DNA of 64,000 nt from Eledone cirrhosa (GCA_964016885.1 OZ024760.1:6696001-6760000), one strand, 5' to 3'. Shown: positions 25,560 through 39,982, numbered from the stretch's first letter. Numbers and translations are program-made. Notes: a model not told the origin generated them from the letters alone.

Positions 25560-26415
25560 AGGTGTGGCGGCGGTGGTGGTGGTGGTGGTGGTGGTGGTGG
25601 TGGTGGTGGTGGCGGTGGTGATGGCAGTGGTGGTGGTGGTGGCAGTGGTGGTGGTGGTGGTGGTGCCAGTGGTGGTGGTGGTGGCAGTGGTGGTGGTGGT
25701 ACCAGTGGCAGTGGTGGTGGTGGTGGTGGTGGCTGTGGTGGTGGCAGTGGTGGTGGTGGTGGTGCCAGTGGCAGTGGTGGTGGTGCCAGTGGTGGTGGTG
25801 GTGCCAGTGGTGGTGGTGGTGGCAGTGGTGGTGGTGGTGGTGGTGGTGCCAGTGCCAGTGGTGGTGGTGGTGCCAGTGGCAGTGGTGGTGGTGGTGGTGC
25901 CAGTGGCAGTGGTGGTGGTGGCAGTGGTGGTGGTGGTGGTGGTGCCAGTGGCAGTGGTGGCTGTGGTGGTGGTGGTGGCAGTGGTGGTGGTGGTGGCAGT
26001 GGTGGTGGTGGTGCTGGTGCTGGTGGTGCCAGTGGCAGTGGTGGTGGTGGTGGTGCCAGTGGTGGTGGCAGTGGTGGTGGTGGTGGTGGTGGTGGTGCCA
26101 GTGGTGGTGGTGGTGGTGGCAGTGGTGGTAGTGGTGCCAGTGGCAGTGGAGGCAGTGGTGGTGGTGGCAGTGGTGGTGGTGGCAGTGGTGGTGGTGGTGC
26201 CAGTGGCAGTGGTGGTGGTGGTGGTGGCAGTGGAGGCAGTGGTGGTGGAGGCAGTGGTGGTGGTGGCAGTGGTGGTGGTGGTGGTGGCAGTGGCAGTGGC
26301 AGTGGTGGTGGTGGTGGAGGCAGTGGTGGTGGTGGCAGTGGTGGTGGTGGCAGTGGCAGTGGTGGTGGTGCCAGTGGCAGTGGTGGTGGTGGCAGTGGCA
26401 GTGGTGGTGGTGCTG
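25560..26415. repeat. (GGT)n/(GCA) trinucleotide field
   Basis: ggtggtggcagtggtg degenerate array. Confidence 0.95.
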
Positions 26416-26657
26416 TAACAGGCGCCAAGACAATAAATATCACAGTGTGTTAATTTTTGCAAAGTGAATGAAAATTACATTTAAGAGAACACATATACAC
26501 ACACATATATATATATATTGTATGTATGTATGTATATATCTTGTATATATATATATATTGTATGTATGTATATATATATATTGTATATATATATATATAC
26601 AATATATATACAATATATATATATATTGTATATATATATATATACAATATATATAAA

Positions 26658-29160
26658 TCATCATCATCATCATCATCATCAACGTTTAACGTCCGTGTTC
26701 CACGCTTGCATGGGTTTGGACAGGGGTAGTCCCACTTGAGGCAAGAGTGATTGTCTTGCTCGCATAGGACTGTCTGGCAGGTTTTCTACAGTTGGATGCC
26801 CTTCCTAACACCAACCACATTTACAGTGTGGGTCTGGGAGGTTTTTACCGTGTTGCCTTCACGGCCACATTACAGCGTGGACTGTGTGTTTTTTTGTCGT
26901 GACACCTACACGATCTCATTTGTTTCGCCCTGGATGGCGCGGCACCAACATAACTTTACATAGAACGGGGTGGTGTGGATGGGGTGGGGGTGGTGGCGGG
27001 ACGGGGTGTATTTTGTTAGAGATGCCTACTGGCAAGGCGGGTCTTCTCTGTTACTGAGTACCGCCAAAGGTCACGGTCCAGTGACATTGTCTTGGAGAGG
27101 TGTAAGTGTGTGAGGTCGGAGTTTATCAGCTCATCCCATGTTTTTCTAGGTCTGCCTATTCCGTGGCTACCGTCTATCTTTATTGCCCTGCACTTTGTAA
27201 TACAGCTATCGACTTTCATGCGCATCACGTGTCCATACCAACGCAGCCTTCTCTCGAGTAAACAACATCTAATCCCTCTTATCTCTAATTTTTTCCTTAG
27301 TTCGTTTATGCTTTGCCGTTCACGTATATTACTGTTACACATCCAGCGGAGCATGCAAGCTTCGTTCCTCTCTAGTCTGCGTATATCCTCTGCACACAAT
27401 GTCCAGGTCTCACTACCATGCAACATTGCTGTTCGTATGCAGGCATCGTACAACCTGCCTTTCATTTTTAGGGAGAACCCTTTAGCAGCTAATAGTGGTA
27501 TAAGCTCTCTGAACTTTTTCCAACCAGTTCTGACTCTAGCTACAGTACTTTCAGAGCACCCTCCCCCACTGCTGATTTTATCGCCCAGGTAACGGAAGCT
27601 GTCCACTATTTCTATAGAACCCTCTGCGCAATTGAAAGAGCTAGTATTTTGTGGGCACTTGCTGCTACTTATTGCACCAGAACACCGGCCACATGTAAAG
27701 TCTATGTTCTTAGTTAGCTTACCTGTGATCCCACTACATCTTTTATGCACCCATACTTTGCATTTAGGACATAAGATGGAGTTTCTACCTACGCCTTTCC
27801 TACATACCGAGCACGACCATTTCCCAGAAGGGACCGCCGCCTTGTTTTCTTTCCTACAAACTAGAACTTTGGTCTTAGCCAGGTTAATTTTAAGTCCTTT
27901 TGACTCTAGGCCGTGCTTCCATGTTTGGAATTTCTTCTCTAGCTCGGCCATTGATTCCGCTATGAGTGTCAGGTCGTCTGCGTATAGGAGTTCCCATGGG
28001 CAGCCTGTCTTGAACTCCTCTGTTATAGCCTGAAGGGCAATAATAAATAGTAGGGGGCTGAGAACAGAGCCCTGATGGACGCCAACTTTTACGCTAAACT
28101 CTTCACTATATTCGTTGTTAATTCTAACCTTGCTGACTGTTTCTTTATACATGGCTTGTATAGCCCTCACGAGCCATTCGTCAACGCCTAGTTTTCTAAG
28201 AGCCCACCAGATAATGGAGCGGGGGACTCTGTCGAAGGCTTTCTCCAGGTCGACAAAAGCTAAGTAGAGGGGTTTACCTTTAGCTAGGTACTTCTCCTGT
28301 AGTTGTCGTACTATGAAAAGAGCGTCTGTGGTGCTTTTGCCTGACACAAACCCGAACTGCATTTCATCTAGATCAATTCTCTCTCTGATTAGTTGCGCTA
28401 TTACTTTTTCTGTGACCTTCATGACCTGGTCGATTAATTTAATGCCTCTATAGTTACTCCTATCTAGGGCGTCTCCTTTACCCTTATAACAGTTAACGAT
28501 GATGCTGCTATGCCAGTCCTTCGGAACAACCCCATTCTGTACGACTTGGTTAACTATGCGGGTGACCATGGTGTGTCCCACCGTGCCAGATGCCTTCAGC
28601 ATCTCAGCAACTATTTCCGAAGGCCCAGCCGCCTTACCAGTCTTCATATCCTTGATTGCCTTACTTATTATACTCCCCTCGACTAACACTGCTGGTCCCT
28701 CTATCGGGTCGATATGGGGGAGACTGTCTTTCTCCCATTTATTCTCCTCATTTAGTAGCCTTTCATAGTGACACTTCCAAGCTACCTTCTTATCAGTGTC
28801 GGTGATGGCAAGTATGCCATCATCGTTAAGTACACACTTCTCCCCGACAATATCACGGTTTTTCCTTGACGCATTGCCTGGCAATCCTGAACACCTCACG
28901 TTTTTGGTCATCGCGTTGTAGAACATGCTTGAACTTTCTTTCCTCAGCTTTCCTTCTTGCTAAGTACACTTGTCTCCTAGCTTCCCTCCTGGCCACTTGA
29001 TAGTCTACTCTACTTCCCCCATCCCGCCATACTTTCCAAGCCTGCTTTTTGGCCTTAATTGACCCCTCCACCCTACTGTTCCACCACCATGTTACTCTCC
29101 TCCTGCCTACAGGCCTGCTCCAGCCACAGACTTCGTCTGTCGCCAACAGCAGGTTTGCTT
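26658..29160 (-). mobile_element. 5'-truncated RTE-clade LINE (family C); RT ORF 27016-28926 with a frameshift near 28860
   Basis: NYRGIKL, QFGF, AFVDLEKAFDRVP, GVHQGSVLSP, YADD, C4HC3 finger; about 340-bp 3' UTR and (tga)n tail. Confidence 0.95.
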
Positions 29161-29267
29161 TATATATATATATATTGTATATATATATTGTATGTATATA
29201 TAAATATATATATATATACAATATATATATATAATATATATATATACAATATATATATATATATAAT

Positions 29268-29299
<32 letters not shown>

Positions 29300-29463
29300 C
29301 AATATATATATATACAATATATATATATACACACAATATATATATATATATTTGTATACCTGTTTCTTTGTTTATATATTTTAAAATACTTTCTACTTCA
29401 GGCTTAGCTTCCATACTTATTAAGTTCTGATTCGCTTTACACACGCACACGCACACACACACG

Positions 29464-29514
<51 letters not shown>

Positions 29515-29526
29515 ACACACACACGC

Positions 29527-29562
<36 letters not shown>

Positions 29563-29615
29563 GCACACACGCGCACGCACGCGCGCACGCACACACGCAC
29601 GCGCACACACACACA

Positions 29616-29653
<38 letters not shown>

Positions 29654-31182
29654 CGTACACACACACACAGACACGCACGCACACACACGCACACACACAC
29701 ACACACGCACGCACGCACACAGACACGCACGCACACACACACACACACACACACACGCGCACGCGCGCGCGCACACACACGCACGCACGCACACACACAC
29801 ACACACACACACACGTGTGTATATATATGTATATAATATCATCATGATCACCATGTCCATTTTTCCATGCTAGCATAGATTAGATATCTGTAACCCCAGA
29901 CCCCCCTTCCCCGCAAGATATAACTGGTACATCTGTTAACCCTTTCCCGCAAAATATAACTGGTATGCTTTAGTTTAGTTTACTGAAATCACAAGTGTGC
30001 CTTTTGGCCCTTTGTTTGTCTGACGAGAGGTGTTCCAGCTGTTTCATCCCAGTCCACCCCAGACCGCTCAGGAAATTTTCATACAAGTGGCTGAGCATTC
30101 CACATGCCCATATATATATATATATATATCTTCTTGCCTTCTTCTTCTCCTTCTTTTTCTTCTTTGCCTTCTTCTTCTTCTTTTTCTTCTTTGCCTTCTT
30201 CTTCTTTGCTTTCTTCTTCTTCTTTGCCTTCTTCTTCTCCTTCTTTTTCTTCTTTGCCTTCTTCTTCTTCTGTGTGGGTTGGAGGATGGTGGGATGGTAT
30301 GGAGAAGACAAACAACAAAATGGTTTGGAATTTTATTATTTTTTTATAAAAGAATTATTTTGGCAAAATTTCAAAAACTTTTATTTGACCATTGTTTTGT
30401 TTTTTGTGTATGCGTGTGTTTGTTTTTTTTCTTTTTGGTGGGTAGGGGTGTTATGGGGTGGGGGAGGCAGGTTGTAAATTTTCCAATATTTTCCAAAAGT
30501 CTTCAATTCTTGGCTGTTTTGTGGCTAGATTTTATTTATTTCACAATTACTTTTAGATTTGGCACAATACCAGTAATTTAAGGGGGGAAGAGAATGTCAA
30601 TTATATTGACCCTTGTACTTGACTGGTACTTTAATTTATCAACTCAACCCTATTTTTATCAAAAAGGTGGAGTGTATTGGGTGTATTTTATCATAGCACC
30701 AACACCATTATAATTATATTAATCTATAGAAATAATTTTTAAACTCGACTGCAAGGAATAGCTGTTAACCTCTTCAGTGCCGTGGATGAGATAACTCGTG
30801 CTAATATGTATGCATTCCAGTACCACAGACAAGATAACTTGACCTAACGTGCTTGAACACATTTCCAACAGTTTATAACTTCAAAATTATGAACTCGTTT
30901 CCAACAGTTCATAACTTCAAAGTTATGAACTCGTTTCCAACGGTTCATAGCTTCAAAGCTAGATGGGGTTATTAGTTTATTGATGTGGTGTTTGTCAATC
31001 ATTCAGATATGTGTTGTTAATAACTGTTTGTTTTAAAAAATAGTCATTTTACTGAAAAAAACAAACCGACACAGCAACTGTAGCTGTGTAAAATGTACGT
31101 GGCGGTCAACAGGTTAAAACAGCCAAATGTCATCAATGACAGGTAAAAATACCCTAAGGACATTAGTGAGGTGGGTGATAGG

Positions 31183-34100
31183 TTAACCCTTAAGCATTTA
31201 AACTGGCCATATCCAGCCAGAATTCTATCACCACTTTCTGTTCAAACCGGTTGTAACCTGCTACTTATACTGATGTTAAGGTATTATTCTCAAAATAAAT
31301 AATATCAAAATCTCATAGATTCAATATTATGTGAGGTAAAGCTTTTACCTCACACTGAAAATACAATAGTATATATAGAGTAATGTAAATGTTATGTGAG
31401 GTAAAGCCTTTACCTCACACTGAAAATACAATAGTATATATAGAGTAATGTAAATGTTATGTGAGGTAAAGCCTTTACAATGAAAATACAATAGTATATA
31501 TAGAGTAATGTAAATGTTATGTGAGGTAAAGCCTTTACTGTGAAAATACAATAGTATATATAGAGTAATGTAAATGTTATGTGAGGTAAAGCCTTCACAC
31601 TGAAAATACAATAGTATATATAGAGTAATGTAAATGTTATGTGAGGTAAAGCCTTTACCATGAAAATACAATAGTATATATAGAGTAATGTAAATGTTAT
31701 GTGAGGTAAAGCCTTCACCATGAAAATACAATAGTATATATAGAGTAATGTAAATGTTATGTGAGGTAAAGCCTTTACCATGAAAATACAATAGTATATA
31801 TAGAGTAATGTAAATGTTATGTGAGGTAAAGCCTTTACCATGAAAATACAATAGTATATATAGAGTAATGTAAATGTTATGTGAGGTAAAGCCTTTACCA
31901 TGAAAATACAATAGTATATATAGAGTAATGTAAATGTTATGTGAGGTAAAGCCTTTACAATGAAAATACAATAGTATATATAGAGTAATGTAAATGTTAT
32001 GTGAGGTAAAGCCTTTACTGTGAAAATACAATAGTATATATAGAGTAATGTAAATGTTATGTGAGGTAAAGCCTTTACCTCACACTGAAAATACAATAGT
32101 ATATATAGAGTAATGTAAATGTTATGTGAGGTAAAGCCTTTACCATGAAAATACAATAGTATATATAGAGTAATGTAAATGTTATGTGAGGTAAAGCCTT
32201 TACTGTGAAAATACAATAGTATATATAGAGTAATGTAAATGTTATGTGAGGTAAAGCCTTTACCTCACACTGAAAATACAATAGTATATATAGAGTAATG
32301 TAAATGTTATGTGAGGTAAAGCCTTCACCATGAAAATATAATAGTAAATATAGAGTAATGTAAATGTTATGTGAGGTAAAGCCTTCACCATGAAAATACA
32401 ATAGTATATATAGACTAATGTAAATGTTATGTGAGGTAAAGCCTTCACCATGAAAATACAATAGTATATATAGAGTAATGTAAATGTTATGTGAGGTAAA
32501 GCCTTTACCATGAAAATACAATAGTATATATAGAGTAATGTAAATGTTATGTGAGGTAAAGCCTTTACCTCACACTGAAAATACAATAGTATATATAGAG
32601 TAATGTAAATGTTATGTGAGGTAAAGCCTTTACAATGAAAATACAATAGTATATATAGAGTAATGTAAATGTTATGTGAGGTAAAGCCTTTACCATGAAA
32701 ATACAATAGTATATATAGAGTAATGTAAATGTTATGTGAGGTAAAGCCTTCACCATGAAAATATAATAGTAAATATAGAGTAATGTAGATGTTATGTAAT
32801 GTAAAGCCTTCACACTGAAAATACAATAGTATATATAGAGTAATGTAAATGTTATGTGAGGTAAAGCCTTCACCATGAAAATACAATAGTATATATAGAG
32901 TAATGTAAATGTTATGTGAGGTAAAGCCTTCACACTGAAAATACAATAGTATATATAGAGTAATGTAAATGTTATGTGAGGTAAAGCCTTTACCATGAAA
33001 ATACAATAGTATATATAGAGTAATGTAAATGTTATGTGAGGTAAAGCCTTTACCATGAAAATACAATAGTATATATAGAGTAATGTAAATGTTATGTGAG
33101 GTAAAGCCTTCACCATGAAAATACAATAGTATATATAGAGTAATGTAAATGTTATGTGAGGTAAAGCCTTTACCATGAAAATACAATAGTATATATAGAG
33201 TAATGTAAATGTTATGTGAGGTAAAGCCTTTACCATGAAAATACAATAGTATATATAGAGTAATGTAAATGTTATGTGAGGTAAAGCCTTTACCATGAAA
33301 ATACAATAGTATATATAGAGTAATGTAAATGTTATGTGAGGTAAAGCCTTTACCATGAAAATACAATAGTATATATAGAGTAATGTAAATGTTATGTGAG
33401 GTAAAGCCTTTACCATGAAAATACAATAGTATATATATAGAGTAATTTAAATGTTATGTGAGGTAAAGCCTTCACACTGAAAATACAATAGTATATATAG
33501 AGTAATGTAAATGTTATGTGAGGTAAAGCCTTTACCATGAAAATACAATAGTATATATAGAGTAATGTAAATGTTATGTGAGGTAAAGCCTTTACCATGA
33601 AAATACAATAGTATATATAGAGTAATGTAAATGTTATGTGAGGTAAAGCCTTTACCATGAAAATACAATAGTATATATAGAGTAATGTAAATGTTATGTG
33701 AGGTAAAGCCTTTACTGTGAAAATACAATAGTATATATAGAGTAATGTAAATGTTATGTGAGGTAAAGCCTTTACCATGAAAATACAATAGTATATATAG
33801 AGTAATGTAAATGTTATGTGAGGTAAAGCCTTTACCATGAAAATACAATAGTATATATAGAGTAATGTAAATGTTATGTGAGGTAAAGCCTTCACCATGA
33901 AAATACAATAATATATATAGAGTAATGTAAATGTTATGTGAGGTAAAGCCTTTACTGTGAAAATACAATAGTATATATAGAGTAATGTAAATGTTATGTG
34001 AGGTAAAGCCTTTACTGTGAAAATACAATAGTATATATAGAGTAATGTAAATGTTATGTGAGGTAAAGCCTTTACCATGAAAATACAATAGTATATATAG

Positions 34101-36671
34101 AGTAATGTAAATGTTATGTGAGGTAAAGCCTTTACCATGAAAATACAATAGTATATATAGAGTAATGTAAATGTTATGTGAGGTAAAGCCTTTACCATGA
34201 AAATACAATAGTATATATAGAGTAATGTAAATGTTATGTGAGGTAAAGCCTTTACCATGAAAATACAATAGTATATATAGAGTAATGTAAATGTTATGTG
34301 AGGTAAAGCCTTTACCATGAAAATACAATAGTATATATATAGAGTAATTTAAATGTTATGTGAGGTAAAGCCTTCACACTGAAAATACAATAGTATATAT
34401 AGAGTAATGTAAATGTTATGTGAGGTAAAGCCTTTACCATGAAAATACAATAGTATATATAGAGTAATGTAAATGTTATGTGAGGTAAAGCCTTTACCAT
34501 GAAAATACAATAGTATATATAGAGTAATGTAAATGTTATGTGAGGTAAAGCCTTTACCATGAAAATACAATAGTATATATAGAGTAATGTAAATGTTATG
34601 TGAGGTAAAGCCTTTACTGTGAAAATACAATAGTATATATAGAGTAATGTAAATGTTATGTGAGGTAAAGCCTTTACCATGAAAATACAATAGTATATAT
34701 AGAGTAATGTAAATGTTATGTGAGGTAAAGCCTTTACCATGAAAATACAATAGTATATATAGAGTAATGTAAATGTTATGTGAGGTAAAGCCTTCACCAT
34801 GAAAATACAATAATATATATAGAGTAATGTAAATGTTATGTGAGGTAAAGCCTTTACTGTGAAAATACAATAGTATATATAGAGTAATGTAAATGTTATG
34901 TGAGGTAAAGCCTTTACTGTGAAAATACAATAGTATATATAGAGTAATGTAAATGTTATGTGAGGTAAAGCCTTTACCATGAAAATACAATAGTATATAT
35001 AGAGTAATGTAAATGTTATGTGAGGTAAAGCCTTTACTGTGAAAATACAATAGTATATATAGAGTAATGTAAATGTTATGTGAGGTAAAGCCTTTACTGT
35101 GAAAATACAATAGTATATATAGAGTAATGTAAATGTTATGTGAGGTAAAGCCTTTACTGTGAAAATACAATAGTATATATAGAGTAATGTAAATGTTATG
35201 TGAGGTAAAGCCTTTACCATGAAAATACAATAGTGTATATAGAGTAATGTAAATGTTATGTGAGGTAAAGCCTTTACTGTGAAAATACAATAGTATATAT
35301 AGAGTAATGTAAATGTTATGTGAGGTAAAGCCTTTACTGTGAAAATACAATAGTATATATAGAGTAATGTAAATGTTATGTGAGGTAAAGCCTTTACCAT
35401 GAAAATACAATAGTATATATAGAGTAATGTAAATGTTATGTGAGGTAAAGCCTTTACTGTGAAAATACAATAGTATATATAGAGTAATGTAAATGTTATG
35501 TGAGGTAAAGCCTTTACCATGAAAATACAATAGTATATATAGAGTAATGTAAATGTTATGTGAGGTAAAGCCTTTACTGTGAAAATACAATAGTATATAT
35601 AGAGTAATGTAAATGTTATGTGAGGTAAAGCCTTTACTGTGAAAATACAATAGTATATATAGAGTAATGTAAATGTTATGTGAGGTAAAGCCTTTACCAT
35701 GAAAATACAATAGTATATATAGAGTAATGTAAATGTTATGTGAGGTAAAGCCTTTACTGTGAAAATACAATAGTATATATAGAGTAATGTAAATGTTATG
35801 TGAGGTAAAGCCTTTACCATGAAAATACAATAGTATATATAGAGTAATGTAAATGTTATGTGAGGTAAAGCCTTTACTGTGAAAATACAATAGTATATAT
35901 AGAGTAATGTAAATGTTATGTGAGGTAAAGCCTTTACTGTGAAAATACAATAGTATATATAGAGTAATGTAAATGTTATGTGAGGTAAAGCCTTTACCAT
36001 GAAAATACAATAGTATATATAGAGTAATGTAAATGTTATGTGAGGTAAAGCCTTTACCATGAAAATACAATAGTATATATAGAGTAATGTAAATGTTATG
36101 TGAGATATTATGTGAGGTAAAGCCTTTACTGTGAAAATACAATAGTATATATAGAGTAATGTAAATGTTATGTGAGGTAAAGCCTTTACCATGAAAATAC
36201 AATAGTATATATAGAGTAATGTAAATGTTATGTGAGGTAAAGCCTTTACCAGGAAAATACAATAGTATATATAGAGTAATGTAAATGTTATGTGAGGTAA
36301 AGCCTTTACCATGAAAATACAATAGTATATATAGAGTAATGTAAATGTTATGTGAGGTAAAGCCTTTACCATGAAAATACAATAGTATATATAGAGTAAT
36401 GTAAATGTTATGTGAGATATTATGTGAGGTAAAGCCTTTACTGTGAAAATACAATAGTATATATAGAGTAATGTAAATGTTATGTGAGGTAAAGCCTTTA
36501 CCATGAAAATACAATAGTATATATAGAGTAATGTAAATGTTATGTGAGGTAAAGCCTTTACCATGAAAATACAATAGTATATATAGAGTAATGTAAATAT
36601 TATGTGAGGTAAAGCCTTTACTGTGAAAATACAATAGTATATATAGAGTAATGTAAATGCTGAAGGGTTAA
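31183..36671 (+). mobile_element. piggyBac-like MITE inflated by an internal satellite
   Basis: ttaacccttaagcattta ... taaatgctgaagggttaa termini. Confidence 0.8.
31326..36658. repeat. 60-bp satellite, about 5.3 kb
   Basis: gttatgtgaggtaaagcctttaccatgaaaatacaatagtatatatagagtaatgtaaat. Confidence 0.98.
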
Positions 36672-36789
36672 TGAAATGTTTCATCTTCTTGTCATCCATC
36701 TCACAACTTTACCAATTACTGGCCACTGATTTCCTGTCCTTGGGGTAATTTTACCCGACTTACATGCTGCTACTTACCTCATAACTTTA

Positions 36790-37020
36790 TTGACCCTTTA
36801 GCATTTACATTACTCTATATATATACTATCATATTTTCATGGTATAGGTTTTATCTTACATAATATCTTACATAATATCAAATCTATGAGATTTTGATAT
36901 TATTTTATTTTGAGAACAATACCTTAACACCAGTATGAGCAACCAGTTACAGCTGGTTTTAACACAAAGAGGTGAGAGAATTCTGGTCAGATATGGCCAG
37001 TTTAAATGCTAACGGGTTAA
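36790..37020 (-). mobile_element. piggyBac-like MITE, unexpanded inverted copy
   Basis: ttgacccttta gcattt ... aaatgctaacgggttaa. Confidence 0.75.
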
Positions 37021-37243
37021 TCACTGGCCACTGATTTCTGTCCTTAGAGAATTTTTACCCAACTTACATCCTGTTGTCATTGACAATATTCGACTGTTTT
37101 AACAGTTATTCCTTGTGTTTGAGTTTTTCATATCATTCCTACAAATTTCAAATACACTCTCACTTCATCTAGATGATTTTTGAGACAACAATGTTTAAAA
37201 TAATTAATGATGAATAAATTTTTTTTTTCTTTCTCTTCTCTAG

Positions 37244-37347
37244 AATTTGGCATAATTTTAGGATGTCGTGTTTTTGTCAAAGAAATTATCAAACATAGCG
37301 TTGCAGCAGAGCAGGGTGGTTTAAAAGTTGGTGACACAATTCTGAAG
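37244..37347 (+). CDS. TJP1: ZO-1/TJP1-like exon (PDZ2)
   Basis: tctag|AA...AAG|gtaag; (E)[34 protein letters not shown]; phase 1 to 0. Confidence 0.95.
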
Positions 37348-37812
37348 GTAAGAAACCGTCTCTTCTATTCTTCCATTCGGAAATTTCATTCTAAGTTTTT
37401 TTTGTGGTTTTTTTTTCTACTTTTAAATATCATACACACATACACATGTGAAGGTGTGTGGCCTAGTGGTAAGGGTGTTGGACTTACAGTCAGTCCTAAT
37501 GTCGTGGGTTTGATTCTTGGACTGGGTTGTAATATTGAATTTTATAAATTAGTATATTGATAAATTGATTGTAATAATTTAGCCATGTTGATAAATATTG
37601 ATAGATTGCAATAATCTAACCATATTGATAAATATTGATTATAGATTGCAATAATTTAACCATATAGATAAATATTGATCTATAGATTGCAATAATTTAA
37701 CTTATTGATAAGTATTGAATGTTGTAAATTAGTGTATTGATAAATATTGATATATAGAATGTAATAACTTAACCACATTGATAAATAAATATATATGTAT
37801 ATGTATATATAT

Positions 37813-38100
37813 GTGGAAGTATGTGGCCTAGTGGTAAGGGTGTTGGACTTACAATCCTAATGTCATGGGTTCGATTCCTGGATTGGGGGGTTGTATGTTG
37901 TATTCTTGAGCAAAACACTTCATTTCATGTTGCTCCAGTATACTCGGCTGGAAATGAGTACCAACAGTAAGTGGGGATATAACTCTGTGATGGACTGTTG
38001 TCTTATCCAGGGGGAAGTCTTGTACACTCAGTCGCTTAACGGCACAGAAACTAGGATAAGCACTTGCCTGATGAGCCTCCAGGCTCGAGACAGACTTTAG
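37813..38100 (+). mobile_element. tRNA/CORE-like SINE with a different tail
   Basis: tggcctagtggtaagg, gggttcgattcc, ttcttgagcaaaacact, tail gataagc..ctgatgagcc..cagacttta. Confidence 0.75.
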
Positions 38101-38187
<87 letters not shown>

Positions 38188-38189
<2 letters not shown>

Positions 38190-38525
38190 GGCACATGGCT
38201 TAGTGGTTAGAGCATTGGCCTTGCAATCGAAAGGTTGTGAGTTCAATTCTCAGACCGGGTGATGTGTTGTGTCCTTGAGCAAGACACTTTATTTCACATT
38301 GCTCCAGTTTACTCAGCTGTAGAAATGAGATGATAGGGACTGGGGTCTCTATCATTCCACTGCAAAGTGGTCGTGGAGGCGCCACGGCAAAAAAGCACCC
38401 AGCACTCACTATAAATGAGGTTGGTGTTAGGAAGGGCATCCAGCTGTAGAAATCAAGCCAGAATCAGTTCCCGTCCCACCCTTGCAAGCAGGGAGAAGTG
38501 GACATAAAATGAAATGATGATGAAT
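38188..38525 (+). mobile_element. Full-length tRNA/CORE-like SINE with RTE-A tail
   Basis: Matches 12906-13240. Confidence 0.9.
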
Positions 38526-38869
38526 GAATGATATGCCAAAATCTAATATTTGTTTCCTAAAGAGATTAGTGATATGTGATTGCAATGTTTGTTGATTTAA
38601 TTAATTAAATAAGCTGCAAATTATTATTGATATTTGCAATTACATTTCATTATATTGAAATGGACGTAGAAATTGATTCAATTATTATGCTCTGTATCGT
38701 TTCATAAGGGATTAAATATACTGTGGAGTAAACAGACCCACCTGTGCACTTCATTGAGTGCTCTACCTTGCATACTGAAGTGTCAGTAATTAACCAATAC
38801 ATACTCGAATTAATATTATATACATATATGTGTGTGTGTGTGTGCATATATATGTAGGAGACACTTATG

Positions 38870-39725
38870 TAGGAGACATGGTGAAAAGCCTCCCAGTCCA
38901 CACTGTAGATGTGGTTGGTGTTGGGAAGGGCATATCCAGCTGTAAAAACCTGCCAGAGACGCTTCCGTGCGAGCGAGATATGGTCTCTTGACCATTCCTG
39001 CATCAAACGGAACGAAGTCGTCTAACCCATGCTAGCATGGAAGATGGACGTTAAACGATGATGATGATGATGATATATATATAAATGTGTGTGTGTGTGT
39101 ATATATATGTATATACCACTTATATATAAGTGGTATGTGTGTGTGTGTGTGTGTGTGTTTATATATGCAGAAGTATATACCACTTATGTGTATATATATA
39201 TATATATATACCGTCTAACCCATGCTAGCGTGGAAGATGGACGTTAAACGAAGATGATGATGATATATATATATAAATGTGTGTGTGTGTATATATATGT
39301 ATATACCACTTATATATAAGTGGTATGTGTATGTGTGTGTGTGTGTGTTTATATATGCAGAAGTATATACCACTTATGTGTATATATATATATATATACC
39401 GTCTAACCCATGCTAGCGTGGAAGATGGACGTTAAACGAAGATGATGATGATATATATATATATAAATGTGTGTGTGTGTATATATATGTATATACCACT
39501 TATATATAAGTGGTGTGTGTGTGTGTGTGTGTGTGTTTATATATGCAGAAGTATATACCACTTATGTGTATATATATATATATATATATATACCGTCTAA
39601 CCCATGCTAGCATGGAAGATGGACGTTAAACGAAGATGATGATGATATATATATATATATATAAAACCCATGCTAGCGTGGAAAGTGGACGTTAAACGAG
39701 GATGATGATGATGATGATGATGATA
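38870..39725 (+). repeat. RTE 3' UTR followed by about 190-bp tandem units of LINE terminus + microsatellite
   Basis: gtctaacccatgctagc.tggaagatggacgttaaacg near 39019, 39213, 39401, 39595; partial near 39666. Confidence 0.85.
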
Positions 39726-39729
39726 TATT

Positions 39730-39982
39730 AGAAAGTGAGGTTTTTTTTTACAAAATGAAAAATAACCGAGGTGTCCTACACGAGTGAAAGTATAAAGAAA
39801 AAGAGATGGAGGGTCTGTGGTTTTTCTCACATTTGTGAGAAAAACCACAGACCCTCCATCTCAACTCTACTTTTGAAAAGCAGAAGAACTGCGAAACAGG
39901 TAAAGGAACCAAATAAATATATATATTTTTTTTTTTAAATAAGACTCCAGTTGCATTTTCGATTTCATCTTTTTTCTTTATA
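39730..39982. mobile_element. Fold-back pLTR-like remnant with degenerate hammerhead
   Basis: Perfect 29-bp hairpin 39803-39862; tTGAAAA-gcag aagaa ctgc-GAAA-cagg-TA-aagg; related to 19412-19562. Confidence 0.5.

Noticed and set aside
25506-26462. Mucin-like, poly-His or poly-Pro ORFs (also 5254-6961 and 43832-45076)
   Set aside because: Trinucleotide repeats open in several frames; no fit to the gene's splice structure.
30765-31116. Second piggyBac-like MITE (ttaacct...aggttaa)
   Set aside because: Terminal match is short and there is no second copy in the window to confirm it.
34312-36699. 795-aa and 761-aa ORFs
   Set aside because: Translations of the 60-bp satellite; no domain content.
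38073-38095. ctgatgagcctccaggctcgagac as a hammerhead
   Set aside because: GAGA instead of GAAA, no stem I or III; lies in a SINE tail.
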